Below, in pieces: positions 1 to 13,959 of a DNA stretch of 64,000 bases. The notes below the pieces were generated by a model. It was not told the DNA's origin, did not search any database, and saw only the letters and a program-made list of their open reading frames with translations. The stretch comes from Auanema rhodensis (lineage: Eukaryota > Animalia > Nematoda), in assembly GCA_964057225.1 (NCBI GenBank), contig OZ059896.1:10664001-10728000 (forward strand), given 5' to 3'. The position numbers and the translations under genes are program-made. Numbering within the stretch: position 1 is the stretch's first letter; each line of letters starts with the position of its first letter.

Positions 1-3000
1 TACTTTACGAAGTTCAGGAACAACAAAACTGGTCAAAATTTTAGCTTTAGGGCATTTTGAGATAATGAAGCTATTGACCGTATAATAATGAGAGCAGATA
101 AATTAACTTAATAACTTTTTTATGTTTTTCATTTGTTTCTAAAAAGAGTAATAGTAAGAATAATATAATCGTATATATTATAAAAATAATATTTAGAAAT
201 ATGATTTTTCATTTGAAAAATCATTTTTTGACTCTTTTTACATATGAAAGCTTGCCAACAATTCTAGTAGTACCGACATAAGTTGCTAATATTTTATTCA
301 TTAAAATAGCTTTAATAAGCCACAATAAACGGTTTTTGTGCTCAATGGGATATTGCATTGCCGTCATTATCGTGGCTCTCGCAATACATTCATACATACA
401 TACACAGTCAACGAAAGTACGTATGAATGGCAGAATAATTCTATCTTAACATACAAGGGATGTAATCCATGTTATTTCCGTTAAGAACAAAAACATTATG
501 TTAGTTAATGAAGATTTTTCAATTTTATACAAATATACTTAGATATATATCTAAATATTTCTAAATATATAGATATATATATATGTATTTGTATTGTATA
601 ATATATAGTATTTATAGTATATATAGTATATATTTTTATATTTTCATATAGAAATATAGAGATATATGTGTGTGAAATCGTACAGAATTGTATACACATA
701 GTGTATATTTCAATTTGAATATAGCATATTCAGTTGTAAATTGGTTTATTTTTTCTATTTTTTTTCATTAATTCCAGATAACATTCCAGATAACAGTTTT
801 GTATTCTTTATTCAAATAATGACCACTGCAGCACATTTTTGGAAATTTTCTTGTTTGTTTTCGGACACCCAATACATGAAAGGAAACGAAAATAAGATAA
901 CAACAAACCAAAAGAGTTCGTAAAAAGTGGAGAGATTATATTTCATTTTCCTTTTTATTACTAATTTAGTCTGAGATTCAGTTAAGTCTAGTTTTTATAA
1001 TATTTAAGTTTACTTACTTACGTATGGAGGGAGGGAAAGGGGACGAAAGGGAAGCGTGAAAGCAATATTTCATTAAGAATTTTTAGTTCATATATGGAAT
1101 AATATTCATATATAATGTTACTTTTCTTTTAACATCTAATAATACATAGCAGTTATTAATCATTGGACATCTTACATTTGAAACATTCGCATACTTTGAC
1201 CTAAGAAAGCCTAATAAGATTAAATTCTATAAGCAAAAGTATGCGGACCAAAGTTTTTATAAAATAAAAATCCTAATATTATATAAAATTAGAATATTTT
1301 ATAAAGTATTCTTCTTATTCTTTTTTTATTTTAGTTTATAATTGTAATTGTTTCAAACATTTTTATCAAGCATTATTCAATAATCAAGTTTTAAGTTTTG
1401 CAAAGTGAGTCAGCAGCATAATGAATGCTCAAAGAATATGGGAAAGCAAAGAGAGAAAGAGAAAACTCTAGCCAGTAACTAAAATAATTAAATAGTATGG
1501 AGTTGAAATGACAGCGAACGATACTCATAGATATATCTGCAATTGACATAAAGTTTTTTTTAGATAAAACTCGAGAGAACTTTATGATCACAAACCTTTG
1601 TAATCATTTTGTTTCTCATTTCATTTAATTATCTTGTTGGATATATCTGCTAAAATGAATCAGCAAATTTGCAGAGCTTCAACTTCCCTCCCAGTTTTCT
1701 TTTAACTCTATACATTTTAAAGAATAATGTATTTTTGGCTTTATTTAATTAGATGAAGCTGAGAGCAATGAGTAACTAACTGCCTAACACTCCCAGAGGA
1801 GACACGCTGAGTGTCATGAAGATCTGGTATACGATAGTATTCACACCGAAAGTGTTTTAATCACTCATACTGAAACCCAAGTAGTTTCCATGAATTTAAT
1901 TTATTTTTTTCTTCACTAAACTAGCAGATTTTAGTTCAACTCAATTTCCTGGAATCCAATAAAATAGGGGAACGAGCTCTCCATCTTATATAAATTTCTG
2001 TTTGACAAAAATGATTTTTTTTTCTCTTAATAAAAGACAATTCATCTATCAATTTTTGAAATTGTCATAAAAAATTTAAAATGACATTCCGAACATAATT
2101 TCCGTACTTTAAATGTATAAAACTGAATTTATTTTATATATTTCAAGATTAGTTATATATTTTTCATTTTCTACAACAAATATACATATTTCGGTATTTG
2201 TCATGTTGTCTATGACATATTAAACCGGAAATAGGAACAGGTATGTACATACAATGTATAGAAAGGTTGAAAGAAGTAACAACTTATATACATGTACATG
2301 TACGCTATCTATCATATATACTATGAAAATATCAATTTAGATCTTATTTCTCAATGTTCTACTGGATTATTTAGTAAACATAAAAATTTGAGAAGGCAAA
2401 AATTGATGACAAATATTTTTTAGAAAAAAAAAATGAGTTTTTAAAATAAAAAGAGAAGTAAAAGAAAGATAATAAATTCTATTTTTTTTAATCTGAATTA
2501 AAATGACATCCATCTACATACACATATGTGCATATACATATTACATGTCTCATTCTCATGTCTTTTCTATTTTAATTTTTTAGCAAAAAATGAATATTTT
2601 ACTTTGAGTATACACACATGTAAGATATGAAACGAATGAAGTAGTTTCAAATACTCTTTAATGTATACATAAATCTAGGTTTTAGATGAATTATTGACAT
2701 GAATAAAGAAAAATGAAGTCCAGAATGCTGAACACCTGAATATTTTACGTTTTTTTCTTTCATGGAAAACGATGTCTATTTAATACAAATATTATTTTGT
2801 ATAATATTTGAAAAGAAATAGTTAAATGCAGTCAAAATATGTCTGAAGTATGTAATATAGTTTATAAGAAAAAAGAGAGAAAAAGTTCAATATTTATTAA
2901 TATTGAATAATATCTTTTTTGAAAAAATGTCTGAACAATACACTAAATTGTGTTTTGTTTTGTTTTCATTTATATAACAACATACATATGTATATGAACT

Positions 3001-4206
3001 ATAATATTAGATAGTTATGTTGTTGTTTTTGATGATATTAATTGATAATTCAAATGAATATTTATTTATTTACATATCAAATTAAATTTTTTTGTCTTTT
3101 TTTGCAAATGTGTCATTCTCTCATCTGTGGCTTCCTATAGCATAAAGCGAGCTATGAAACGAAATATATTGTTCGCGTTTTCATGTTTTGTTTTGCGATC
3201 AAGCAACCCACAACAACCTTATTAACAGAATCTGTGAAATAGAAAACGGAAGATACACATAGTTATCGGTTGACTGATTCTATTGTCATCTGAAAAGCTG
3301 ATCCTTGGATTCATATAGTCTATAACATTGTCGTTCACTATGTTATCGTTGCAAATACTTCGTGAAGATTTCGGACAAAAAAGCAAAGCGAGTCGTTGTG
3401 AAAAATGGAACAAGTTTAGTCATGTACTAGGGATACTTGACAAGAAATGTAAAACTGTCTATTTAATCCCTCGTTATATAAGAATAATATTACTTTTTTC
3501 AGTAATATTAATCTTTGAATTGAAAAAAACTGATGTTTGACTAAGTTCAGCTTGAAAATGCATTTATGTCTTCCATAAGTATTAAAGGAATGAAGAAATA
3601 AAATAAAGAGTCATGTCAGAATTTTATTCTTCCGGAATACTTTGAGGGATTAGAAGACCGACGTTGCATATGATTTTTGTCGTCGTTAGCCCAAAGGCAA
3701 TGTTCAACTGCTGTCAATCAAACATAGAGGGACAGCTAAAGTCAGACCAAATTCTACTTATTCTGTTTTTGGACATTGAGACACCCAATGGCTTTGAGGA
3801 GAGGGGACATCAAGTAGCTATTCAGACATTCTAAAATCAAATTGAAGCAAAAATAATTTCGTTTTCACTGTTTTCTGTATTGAGATTAGGGATAAACAAG
3901 TTGGCGTGCTTGAGAAACATATATGTATGATGCAAATGTAAAAAAATGTGAAAATTCAATTATTATAATTATTTTTTTCAAAACTTTTACAAAAACACAA
4001 GTATTTTGTTGAATACTTATCTATATTTCTATTCTATTTCTCATCTTCTGACAATATCTTAAGAGTTTTTGAATTGGAACTTGAAATATTCTTGTAGAAG
4101 GACTATAGAATTATATGTATTGAACAAGCAAAATTCCTTTTTTATCTTTTTTTTTTGCTTTAAACTGTATCTGTATTACTATAAACAGGGATTTTCTTTC
4201 AGTTAT

Positions 4207-5620
4207 ATGGTTTTAATTATTTTATCAACACTTATTGGAATCTGTATTGTTGTTATAATAGCTTCTGTTGTTTGTAAGAGATTCAGAAAATGTCCACTGT
4301 ATCGAGATCCAGCAGGTATGAACTTATCTTATCATCTAGTAGTTATTAAAGCAAATGTTTTTTCAGTATTATCACATACTTTGCCAACAACATCAATGTA
4401 TCGTCCAGTGGATACTATTCCTCCAAAAATTTATGAAGGTGGGAAAGTAACATCTAAACGAAACTGTAAACAGCAAAAAAAATATTTTATTGCTCATTTG
4501 CTATATGCTATATGTATATACATATTCACACCAATATGTATTTATATAGATAGCATGAAGAGATTGTTTCCCAAAACATTTCCGGATGAAGGTAAAGAAC
4601 ATTAGTGAAGCAGAGATGACGACAACGACGGTGACTAGGCTGTAATAGTTGTTGAATAGCTCGATTGAAGTAGTTTATGCTATGCTACTTTGCAAAAAAA
4701 TAAGGATTGAGCATATATTCAGATGACGATAGTGAGAAATGTAAGAAGCAGAAAACAACTTATAAAGAATATATAAAAGAAAAGCAATAGCTTTTGACAC
4801 AAGTAGAAATAGAGACTATAAAGCAATGAAACGAGAGATTTAATGGTTATAGTACCGAATAGAAAGAAATTTCAATTGCAATTACAATTAACTACCACTT
4901 TTGGTCAATATAACATAGGAATAACTAAACTTGAACACCTTTTAAAATATATTATAAATATACGAATGGCCACAGGGGGGGGGGGGGGGTTGGAGGTTTA
5001 AGAGAGACAAGGGATAAAATCTTCATTTAATATAAAAATTATTTTACAAATATCTAGTAACCTTTGAAATATTATTATATAAAAAGTTTATGTTATATAT
5101 GAACTTCTCTCAATTACTCCGAAACTTTTGGAATAGATTATATTATTATTTTGAGAAGAAAACTTGTATTTATATACTTTTGACCGAAGAAAAATTTTAA
5201 AAAGCAAATTATTTTTTTTGTCCAGAAAAAAATAGTGAAAACTATAAGAATAAAATCGAAAAATTAAAAATTCTATAATCAGAGATTACTCTCATTAAGC
5301 TTATTACTGTCCTCAAACTAAAGATTTTATAATTCAATGCTGTTTTGGATAATAGGGCATTAAACTTGGAGCATTTCCCAAGGCATTCCAGTTAAATGAG
5401 TAAAATACATAAAATTCTCTAAACTGACCTTACATAAAAGATAAATTAAAATAAATTAAATGTTCTTTTAATATAATTTACTAATTTTCTTTATTTTGCA
5501 GCTCCACCACCATACGAGTGCTTTGTTCCACCTCCAGATCAAATGCGCACGGATTGGAATAGTTTTTTGGATAATGAAATGAATAGCCAAAGTCGCCGTG
5601 TTACAACTTTACATTCCTGA
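4207..5620 (+). CDS. Small single-pass membrane protein (~100 aa) with cytoplasmic PPPY motif; exons 4207-4316, 4367-4438, 5502-5620
   Basis: Phase-compatible GT-AG exons give MVLIILSTLIGICIVVIIASVVCKRFRKCPLYRDPAVLSHTLPTTSMYRPVDTIPPKIYEAPPPYECFVPPPDQ...LHS*; ATG follows a TTTCAG acceptor, so upstream exons or trans-splicing are possible. Confidence 0.65.
4975..4989 (+). repeat. G15 homopolymer in intron
   Basis: 15 consecutive G in an AT-rich intron. Confidence 0.9.
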
Positions 5621-6998
5621 AGAACTGCTGCTTCAATCTATCAGGGTCTCGTCGAAATCAAAAAAGATCATGGATTTATATAATTAGCCTAAACAATCAG
5701 CCAGAAACATCATGAGCTTTGCAGAATTTTATTATATGTATTATATGTGTAACTATGTATTTTCGCATAGTTCTTGATATTTCATATTGTTTTTTTTAAG
5801 CTTTTGGTTATTTTTCGAAAAAAAAAGAAATCTCCTCAAGTCAACCACGGGTACAACAACGAAGGTGTTGTTTACGGTAGTTATATACTTGCAATGATTT
5901 CTCATGTCAACAAGCTTCGGAAACAGCTCATTTTAGACATTTAAAAGAAAGTAATAGATCAAATTATTTTATATTTATATATAGAAATTCTTTTGCTTTC
6001 CTACCACCTATAGCTGTGTATGAAATTAGCTTAACCGTGTTCTCAGTGTCTAAATAACTATCTTTCGTCTAACACATCTATACTCAATGCCACAACAGAC
6101 TTTTACTTATGTAATTTTAACTATGTTTCTATAATCCATTATAGGCGACAAAGTTATCTCATTGCTTGTAGATATTATTTGTTTAAAATTCATTTACCAG
6201 GGTTTATAAAGTGAAAACAAAACATTTTACTAAATCAATTGTAAAAATATTTTTATTAATTTCTAATGCCTTATCGCTGTGATATGTCTGAAATCGATGA
6301 GATGCTAAACAAACTGTACGAAATAAACTTTTATATTCACATTCTTAAAATAGGTTATGAGATGATATATTGAAAAATAGATATTGTTATGTTATACATC
6401 TAAAATATAAATTATCTTTGAACTTCTTATTTCAAAGAAAATCAAAATATTTCGATGTATAAAATGTTTTCTTGCTGTATAAATAAATAAAACGTACTTT
6501 GATGCGATAAAATTTAAGGTTATCTAAGAGATTCAAGTAATCAAACATGCTATAAGACTAAACTAGACTGAAGTTATAAAGCTTTGTTGTTCAATTGAAT
6601 ACTATAACAAATGGAAAAAACTTTGATTTATTATCTTTGCCATATAAAAGAAATAACTTATCAAACATATATGTTAGGCAGTGTCGTTATACTTTCCCAA
6701 GGGAATATATTGAATGATATTTCGAAAAAAAGTGCCAAGAACAACTGATGGATGACATGTCAGGACAATGAATTTCTCGAAGCTATTTCTGCATATCAGA
6801 CAAGTATGCTGAAAACGTGAAATTCGAAACAAATAGGGAACTATGAAGAGTTCACAATTAAAAGCAAATCGAGCAGAAACAACTGTTACGAAGCTATTTG
6901 ATGTACAGCAATATTTTATTATTATTTAATTTGAACAGAATTGCCTAAATTGGATGCCAGTAATCTACGTTAAAATCTAAAACTTTAATATTCGTCAT

Positions 6999-8088
6999 CT
7001 ATACATATACATTATAATTTCGTTCTCCAAAGATTTTGGTTCCAACACGAACAATTGTACTTCCTTGAGCAATTGCTTGAACAAAGTCGTCGGACATTCC
7101 CATAGAAATCTCCTAAGAAAATCATAAAACTCATTTTATGCTTTTGATATATACCAAATCATCTTCACTAAGTCCAGATTGTGCTATATATTTTGCACGT
7201 ACATCGTACAAAGAGGTGAAATCAGGGTTCGGTATGGTATGGCTAGAGAAATGACACATAGAAACAATTATTAACTACTCCAACCTGTTGTCAAATGAAC
7301 CTATGGTCATGAATCCAATTAATTTCAAATTAGGGCAATTATTACGGACATAATCGGCTAGTTTCATTGCACCATCTCCATTCAAGCCGCCTTTCTGCTC
7401 TTCCATACTTGTATTTACTTGAACAAGAACGTTCAGTATCTAAATATATTAATAAAATAAAAGGGACATTTGAAAAGTATAAAAACTTTATTTCTTTTGG
7501 CAAATTCCTTATTAAATCCATCACAATGCTTTTCAGTTTCTAATGTGTGAACGGCATAAAGTCCAGGACTATTGCATATCTTAGGAATCTGAATAACTTA
7601 TGTGGGTAAATGTGAAATGTAAAGTTGGATTAAAAGGAACCTTATTGCTTTGAACCTGTCCGATATAATGCCATCGAATTGACGGACACGCTTCATGCAA
7701 TTCATGTGATTTCTCATCCAACTCATTTACATAATTTTCTCCGAAATCTAGTTGTCCAGCATCGACACAAGTCTAAACAACAGCACATGTAAAAAAATTG
7801 TAGAATGAAAAGATATATCAGATTATCATAACAACATACTTTAATAAATTCAGCTGGTTTAGTTTTTGAAGCAGCAACTAATAAGCATCGTTTAGTTAAA
7901 GTAGAAGCAGCAACGCTTTGTGCAACAACATCCTTGACGTTGGCAATATTTGCAGATACCTTGAACAATTAGTTATAAAAGTAGAAAATATTGAAAACCT
8001 CGCTCAAGGGTGGGTTCACCATTGTAGAATATGGAATTGCTTTTTGAAATAAAACCCTGCGGCAAGGATTTAGTGCCTTAAGTAGCAT
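6999..8088 (-). CDS. PLPBP: Pyridoxal phosphate homeostasis protein (PLPBP/PROSC/YggS family), multi-exon
   Basis: Motifs [74 protein letters not shown]; basic/amphipathic N-terminus resembles a mitochondrial presequence. Confidence 0.93.
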
Positions 8089-8296
8089 CAATTTCTTAGA
8101 GAAACTGGTGATAAATCTCCTATGAGTTGTACGTAATTTCGCGTTATCAATGCGGTGTTGATGAATTGTTTCAATGCTAAGTTACAAAATAAGATACAAC
8201 ATATGACGTGATAAAGCGTCTATAGTTTGATGGGGTCACGAGGATCTTTCCATGAAATGTCTTTATTGTTTTTATATATTAGAAGGACGTGTTTCC

Positions 8297-9138
8297 ATGA
8301 AACATCACAAATTGTGAAATTCTGATAATTTCGGGGAAATTTATGCCATCAATTATAATGAAACTTGGATTTTTAATATTTTTCGTTTGTTAGCTTTACT
8401 TGTGTTTATTTATTTTAGATATAAAAACAATTTAATTGAACCTATATTATCAGGATGTCCAACAGTCTTGGGTGCAAAGGTATCATACACAAAAAGAGGT
8501 TATTAAATGTTAGTGTTGGTAATGAGAGTTTTGCATAACTGTTTTTCTATTTAGCCCAATAGCCTTCAAGCTTTAAAGAATTACATAGATAATGATTTGA
8601 GTTATGAAGTTGTTTATGAACTTCCAGAATGTTTACTAAAGAGTTTGCAGGTTTTTACATATCTTAATATATCTTTTGAGAATCGTCTTATAGAAAAATG
8701 TTGAAATGCATGAGAACTTACTTAGAAGTGGTGGATCTCCCCCAAAAGAAATACCAAATAGAACCCCACGCGTTACTAATGAAAATCCCGATTTTATTAG
8801 TTCGATATTTGCTATGATGGATAAAAATATAACGGACGGTTAGTACCATAACTTATTCCAGCCGACCTTAACTTATTCCAGCCGACCAGAATATTATAGT
8901 TCCAACTCTACCAGTGCAACGGTTTGAAGTAGCAAAAGACAAAAAAAAAGCCGTGAAAGTTCCTATCGCACAAAATTTACAAAAATCAAAGAGAGTATCT
9001 TGGAGATCTCCTTTGACTTCTGTACAATTGTTTACTCCACATTTCACTTATCGATTTCCTGATCCTGAATACTTCATTTCTTTTTCCTCACAGCAAGGTG
9101 CGCATACCTATCGTTCTGGGAAAGAAAAAAATGCATAA
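8297..9138 (+). CDS. Uncharacterised ~200 aa protein with KRVSW (RVxF-type) motif; start codon uncertain
   Basis: Five exons join in frame via GT-AG introns (…LIEPILSGCPTVLGAK|PNSLQALKNY…LKSLQ|KNVEMHEN…NITD|VPTLPVQRFE…KSKRVSWRSPLTSVQLF…). Confidence 0.6.
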
Positions 9139-9274
9139 TTTCTACATGATTTCTTCTGCATGATAATAATAAGTGAATGAAAATATGTTTTTTTCGTTCA
9201 AATGTTTCTGTTCAACTGTTCTTTATTTTCAGATCTTCAATTTCTGCTTTAATTGTATATTTTTTCTTCTTATT

Positions 9275-9330
9275 TCTCATTTCTGTCTCATTTCTATCTC
9301 ATTTCTATATCATTTCTATCTCATTTCTAT
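9275..9330 (+). repeat. 11-bp minisatellite (TCTCATTTCTA, ~5 imperfect copies)
   Basis: Visible tandem units between two convergent genes. Confidence 0.7.
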
Positions 9331-9464
9331 TCACTTGTCATAATTTAATTAGAACTGAATCTCATATTTTATCTGAGTTATGAACGTAGACATTAATGTT
9401 CAAATATATTAAATGAAAAAAAAATCATGCAACATATAAATATATTTAGTTATACCAGGAGTTC

Positions 9465-10573
9465 TTACCAGGAGACTGTTCCAGGAATGTATTGATCGAT
9501 CAGGCTTTGATAATATGGTTTCAATTTATCCAAATCAGGTTTAATATCAGTCTTCGAATAGAGGTCACAGTTGCTAAATAGCAGTTTTAAAAAGAAAATT
9601 TAAACGTTAAGCTCACTTTAGCATCATTACAGCTGGCAACATTTCACGATCTCTTTCACATTCAAAATGTTTATAAGCATTGTGTGTATGATATGGATAA
9701 AATGAATGAAAACGAATAGCATATAATGCATCGTCAGGCAAAGTTGAGCCATGGTTTTTCAGAACCTGTAGATTCAGCGTTAACTAAATTAGCTGAGTAT
9801 ATATCACCTGATATATATATTCATCATGACTCCAGGTCATAAGCAAGTTTTCAATACCGCAACCAGGCTTGTAGATACCGCACGGTGTACTGAAAAACCG
9901 TCAAATCATTGTAATGGTAGTTGACCCTTACTTATATCTCTCGTCTTTTAAGTCGGGATTTCCTTCAAAACTTTTCAAGCCAAATACAACAGTGTCTGAT
10001 GGAGCACATCCTACGGGATATGTATCTCCTGAAATATAGACAGAAACTTTATATATTTTTTCAAAGGCTATAACATGAAATAATACAAAAAATAACCTGT
10101 AACTGCATATTGTTCCTCCCCCCACATGGACATAACTTTTCCAAGATCATGTACAAGGCCGGCGAGATGCATCCAAGGTTTGTCTGGATGAGCAGCTCTA
10201 AGTCGTTCAGCTGTTTGGTAAGCATGGAAAATATTAGGCTCATCCACCTATATCAATATATAAGTTAATGTTTTTTTTGATTAATTTACATCTGGATCAC
10301 TTTCATCAAGAAAGCCGGCTAATTCTTGTAAACATTCCATAACGGACATTTTAGCATGTGAAAAACCAAGCCATTTTTTATGCTTAAAATTATAAATATA
10401 GAGGATAAAAAATTGAGAGAATTAACCATATTGTTGACAAAGTCTACAGTTTGCAGTTGATGTTGATTATAATAATGATTTTTGACTCTTATTTGAATAT
10501 CAGTCAACGCATCTTGTTCATATACTCGAAAGTTATGATTAGTTTGAGTGGAAGTACCAAGATCGATCTTCAT
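9465..10573 (-). CDS. MIOX: myo-inositol oxygenase, multi-exon
   Basis: DESDPDVDEPNIFHAYQTAERLR, LAGLVHDLGKV, GDTYPVGC, WSHDEYIYQV, IRFHSFYP, DLYSK, PYYQSLIDQY motifs. Confidence 0.95.
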
Positions 10574-11488
10574 TTTTCTCTATAATTCTTTTTGTGATTG
10601 AAAAATAATAATGAATTGAATAGAATACAATAAAAAAATCAAAATGAATGAGTAGTAAGTGAAAATGATATAGAAAAGTTTAATTTAAACAAAAATTTCA
10701 ACATGACCTGAGATTTTCTTTTTATATGGAAAAATTTAGTGTCATAAAGTTGTATACTGTACAAAGTTTAAATGGATATAAATATAGATTGAATAAGATC
10801 ATATAAGATTAAAATGGATATTAAATATTCTGCAACAATTTTAAGTAAAAGGAAGATAGCTGTGTGAACATTAATTGAATAATACTTCTTTAATCAAGGA
10901 TAATGGTGAGAATTATAGAAAACTAGTTTGATTGCGTGTTCATTTCAGAATGTTCAATAAGTCATTATTAGAGTATCTAGCTATCTTATATTTTTTTATT
11001 TTTATCAGGAGGTCGACACATAAGTAAATATTTGTATTTATATATTATCAATAACTTCTTCATAACTATGCTTAATTAGATTCTTTTTACTCAAATTTAT
11101 TCACCTCGTCTTCCTATTCTAAACATCTACTTACTCTTCTTAGCCACATTTTCAGTCAATTCATGACTTTTAAGCGAACAAATGTAACAAACAGAACAGG
11201 CGCTCAACCTTTTTAGAATGTATTCTTACCAATAAAACATGTTATTATATATTTTTGCAGATTTGTATGATTATAATAATCCTAAATGGAAGTACATTGT
11301 TAATCTGATTAGACATAGCGGTTGCAACTGAACTTTTAATACAAAATTGAACATTGTAATGTTATTAAGTATCGAACTTGAAGGGTTTTTTATGTTGTTA
11401 TGTCAAGAATATTTAGACAAATTTACATTTATTCATAGGCTTGCATTATAATAAATCACAGTGTTTTAAAAAAATTCTATGCATTCCA

Positions 11489-13150
11489 TTACAATTTTGA
11501 CTTTCCCTTCTCAAGAGCATCCATCAGTTCACCCAATCCATCCTTGATGGATTCCAAATTCTTGGCTCCTTCCATAGAAGTGACCTTATTCCAGTTATCT
11601 CGAACTAAAATTCATAAAATGAAAGATATACGCAGTGCTATTAGCTAACCATTTTCGGCCTTAGCTTGTGGAATAATAGCTCCAACGGAACGATAGTACT
11701 TGACTAAATAATATAATTCATTGAAATCAAAATTTAAGCAACTTACGAGTTCCATACCATCCTGCACCAGCTTCATAGACTTTACCACTCTCTTCGAAGG
11801 ATTCATGAACCATGTATACAACCAATGGTGTAACAAATTCTGGCTTAAGAGCATTGACAAGTTCCTAAACATATTAAAACGTGGTAAATTTTTAATCAAC
11901 ATATATGTGTGTGTCTGTACCTCAGGCATTATGGATTGAGTCAAACGAGATCCAGCAGTTGGAACCAAAGTGTTGGCCAAAATGTTATATTTAGCTCCTT
12001 CAGCAGCCAAAGTGTTAGCGAAACCAATGAGAGCAGACTTAGCTATAACAAATAATGATTGAAAGTTATATATGAAAGAAAAATTTTTTATAAAACAAAC
12101 CAGCAGCATAATTGGCTTGTCCGAAGTTTCCATAAATACCAGCATTAGAAGATGTTACAAGTACACGTCCGTAATTTTGTTTACGCATGTAAGGCCATGC
12201 AGCTTTAGTAACAGCGTAAGCTCCCTTAACGTGAACCTTGAAGATCAAGTCTGAAAATGAAAAAATTATATTTTGCATTCTTGACAATCCTAAGTTTGTT
12301 GTTTTACACCTACAACCCCTCACCCCCCTCCCTTCAGGAAATGTTCTAATGATTCTGTATTCATAATTTATGTAATGTATTACCCCAATCAAGATCAGTC
12401 ATTTTGACCATTGAAACATCACGAAGAATTCCAGCATTATTGATAACAATATCTTAAATTTATAAAGTTGTGTTTTTCATTTTGATCTGTAAATCACAAA
12501 CCAATTCGTCCAAAGTTATCAATAGCTGTCTTAACAATCTTATCTCCAAATTCTACAGAATCGTAGTTTGCTACGGCTTTACCTCCAAAGCCTTTGATTT
12601 CTTGGACAACCTGGATGAATTATTTGTTTTTTTCAAATTATGATGTATGATGATTAACCTTGTCTGCCATTGAAGTAGAAGCAGATGTTCCATGAGCATC
12701 TCCTCCAAGATCATTTACTGTAAAGATTGAAATGATTCAAAAGTATATTTACATTATGAAATATAAATTTTTAATTCTAAATATATATAATTATTATCAA
12801 AAACAAATATTTTATGAAATCTTTATAAAAGTTTCTAAAGTTTTATAAAGTTTTACAAATAGAAAACAGCATTTCCTGTCTATACTACAGTTTTTTGCCC
12901 TTGCAAAGTCTGATTTTGTACATTGACCGATAAGCACGAGACTCTATTGATTGAAATGTAATGCATGTTGGATCAAAACTATTTTTTTTCTTCAGCAAAT
13001 TAGTTGTTTTAAAAGTTAGAAGCCTTAAGCATAACACTAACCAACAACAGCACATCCTCTTTTGGCTAATTCCAGAGCATAAGTACGCCCTAATCCACCT
13101 CCAGCTCCAGTTACAATAGCAACGCGATTGTCAAATCGTAGAGAAGCCAT
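11489..13150 (-). CDS. dhs-28: Peroxisomal 3-hydroxyacyl-CoA dehydrogenase (DHS-28/HSD17B4 SDR domain), ends in SKL
   Basis: [50 protein letters not shown]-terminus …[10 protein letters not shown]; orthologue versus paralogue status not resolved. Confidence 0.88.
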
Positions 13151-13959
13151 GTTTCAAATGAACTTTTCGTCACTAAAATAATATGATATTCTCTCAATTA
13201 TAATTTATAAATGTTAGAAGATATAATTAAATAATTGTGTAAATTTTTTAATTTAATATAAGTATATAATATAACTTAATATAATAAAATATAATATAAA
13301 ACAAATTATAACTTTAATTAAAATAAAAAAAAAATTATATAACTAAGAAAGAAATATTATATAATATCTTTTTCATATTATGAATGAATTACAAACAGAA
13401 AATAAACAAAAGATATTAAGAACATGGAGTGGTATGAACAGTCATGAAATGGAAAATACCGAAAGGCCGTAGTTCTCCAGCGAACTAGACTACAAGATAG
13501 TCAAGCAATCTTTCATTTACTTGATAAGAAATAACAGAAGAAAAGAGAATAGAAAGATAAGAAATATATATATTTAACATGTTAAATAGTAATGAAAACA
13601 ACAAAATATGAAGACAATATTTATTCTTTTTAAACTTAAAAATATTCAAGTACATGTGTCTCTCGAAACTAACAGTGTATTAAATAAACGATTTATTTCG
13701 ATATTACTTTTTAATTATAATTTACGATTTTAATAAATATGCGACAAGTCGCTATGAGATCTTGGTAAGAACTGAAAAATGAAAATTGGAATTTTAATTT
13801 ACCCGAATAATTATATAAAACTTTATATTAACTATTAATTCTGAAGAATCTTATTCACTTTTCGTATAAAATACGAAACATTCCGCCCGAATTTTAGATT
13901 TATTTATTTAATGTTTATTCCTTTTTAATTATGATTGAAAATATTAATATAAAATTTAT

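Noticed and set aside
505-3540. Short ORFs from the six-frame track (also most ORFs in 22-33 kb and 59-61 kb)
   Set aside because: Low-complexity I/Y/F/K-rich translations of AT-rich DNA with no splice or motif support
6280-6301. TGATATGTCTG resembling the miR-50/miR-190 5' end
   Set aside because: Similarity stops after 11 nt and no precursor stem contains it
8849-8887. 19-bp tandem duplication in an intron
   Set aside because: Local slippage duplication with no evident consequence
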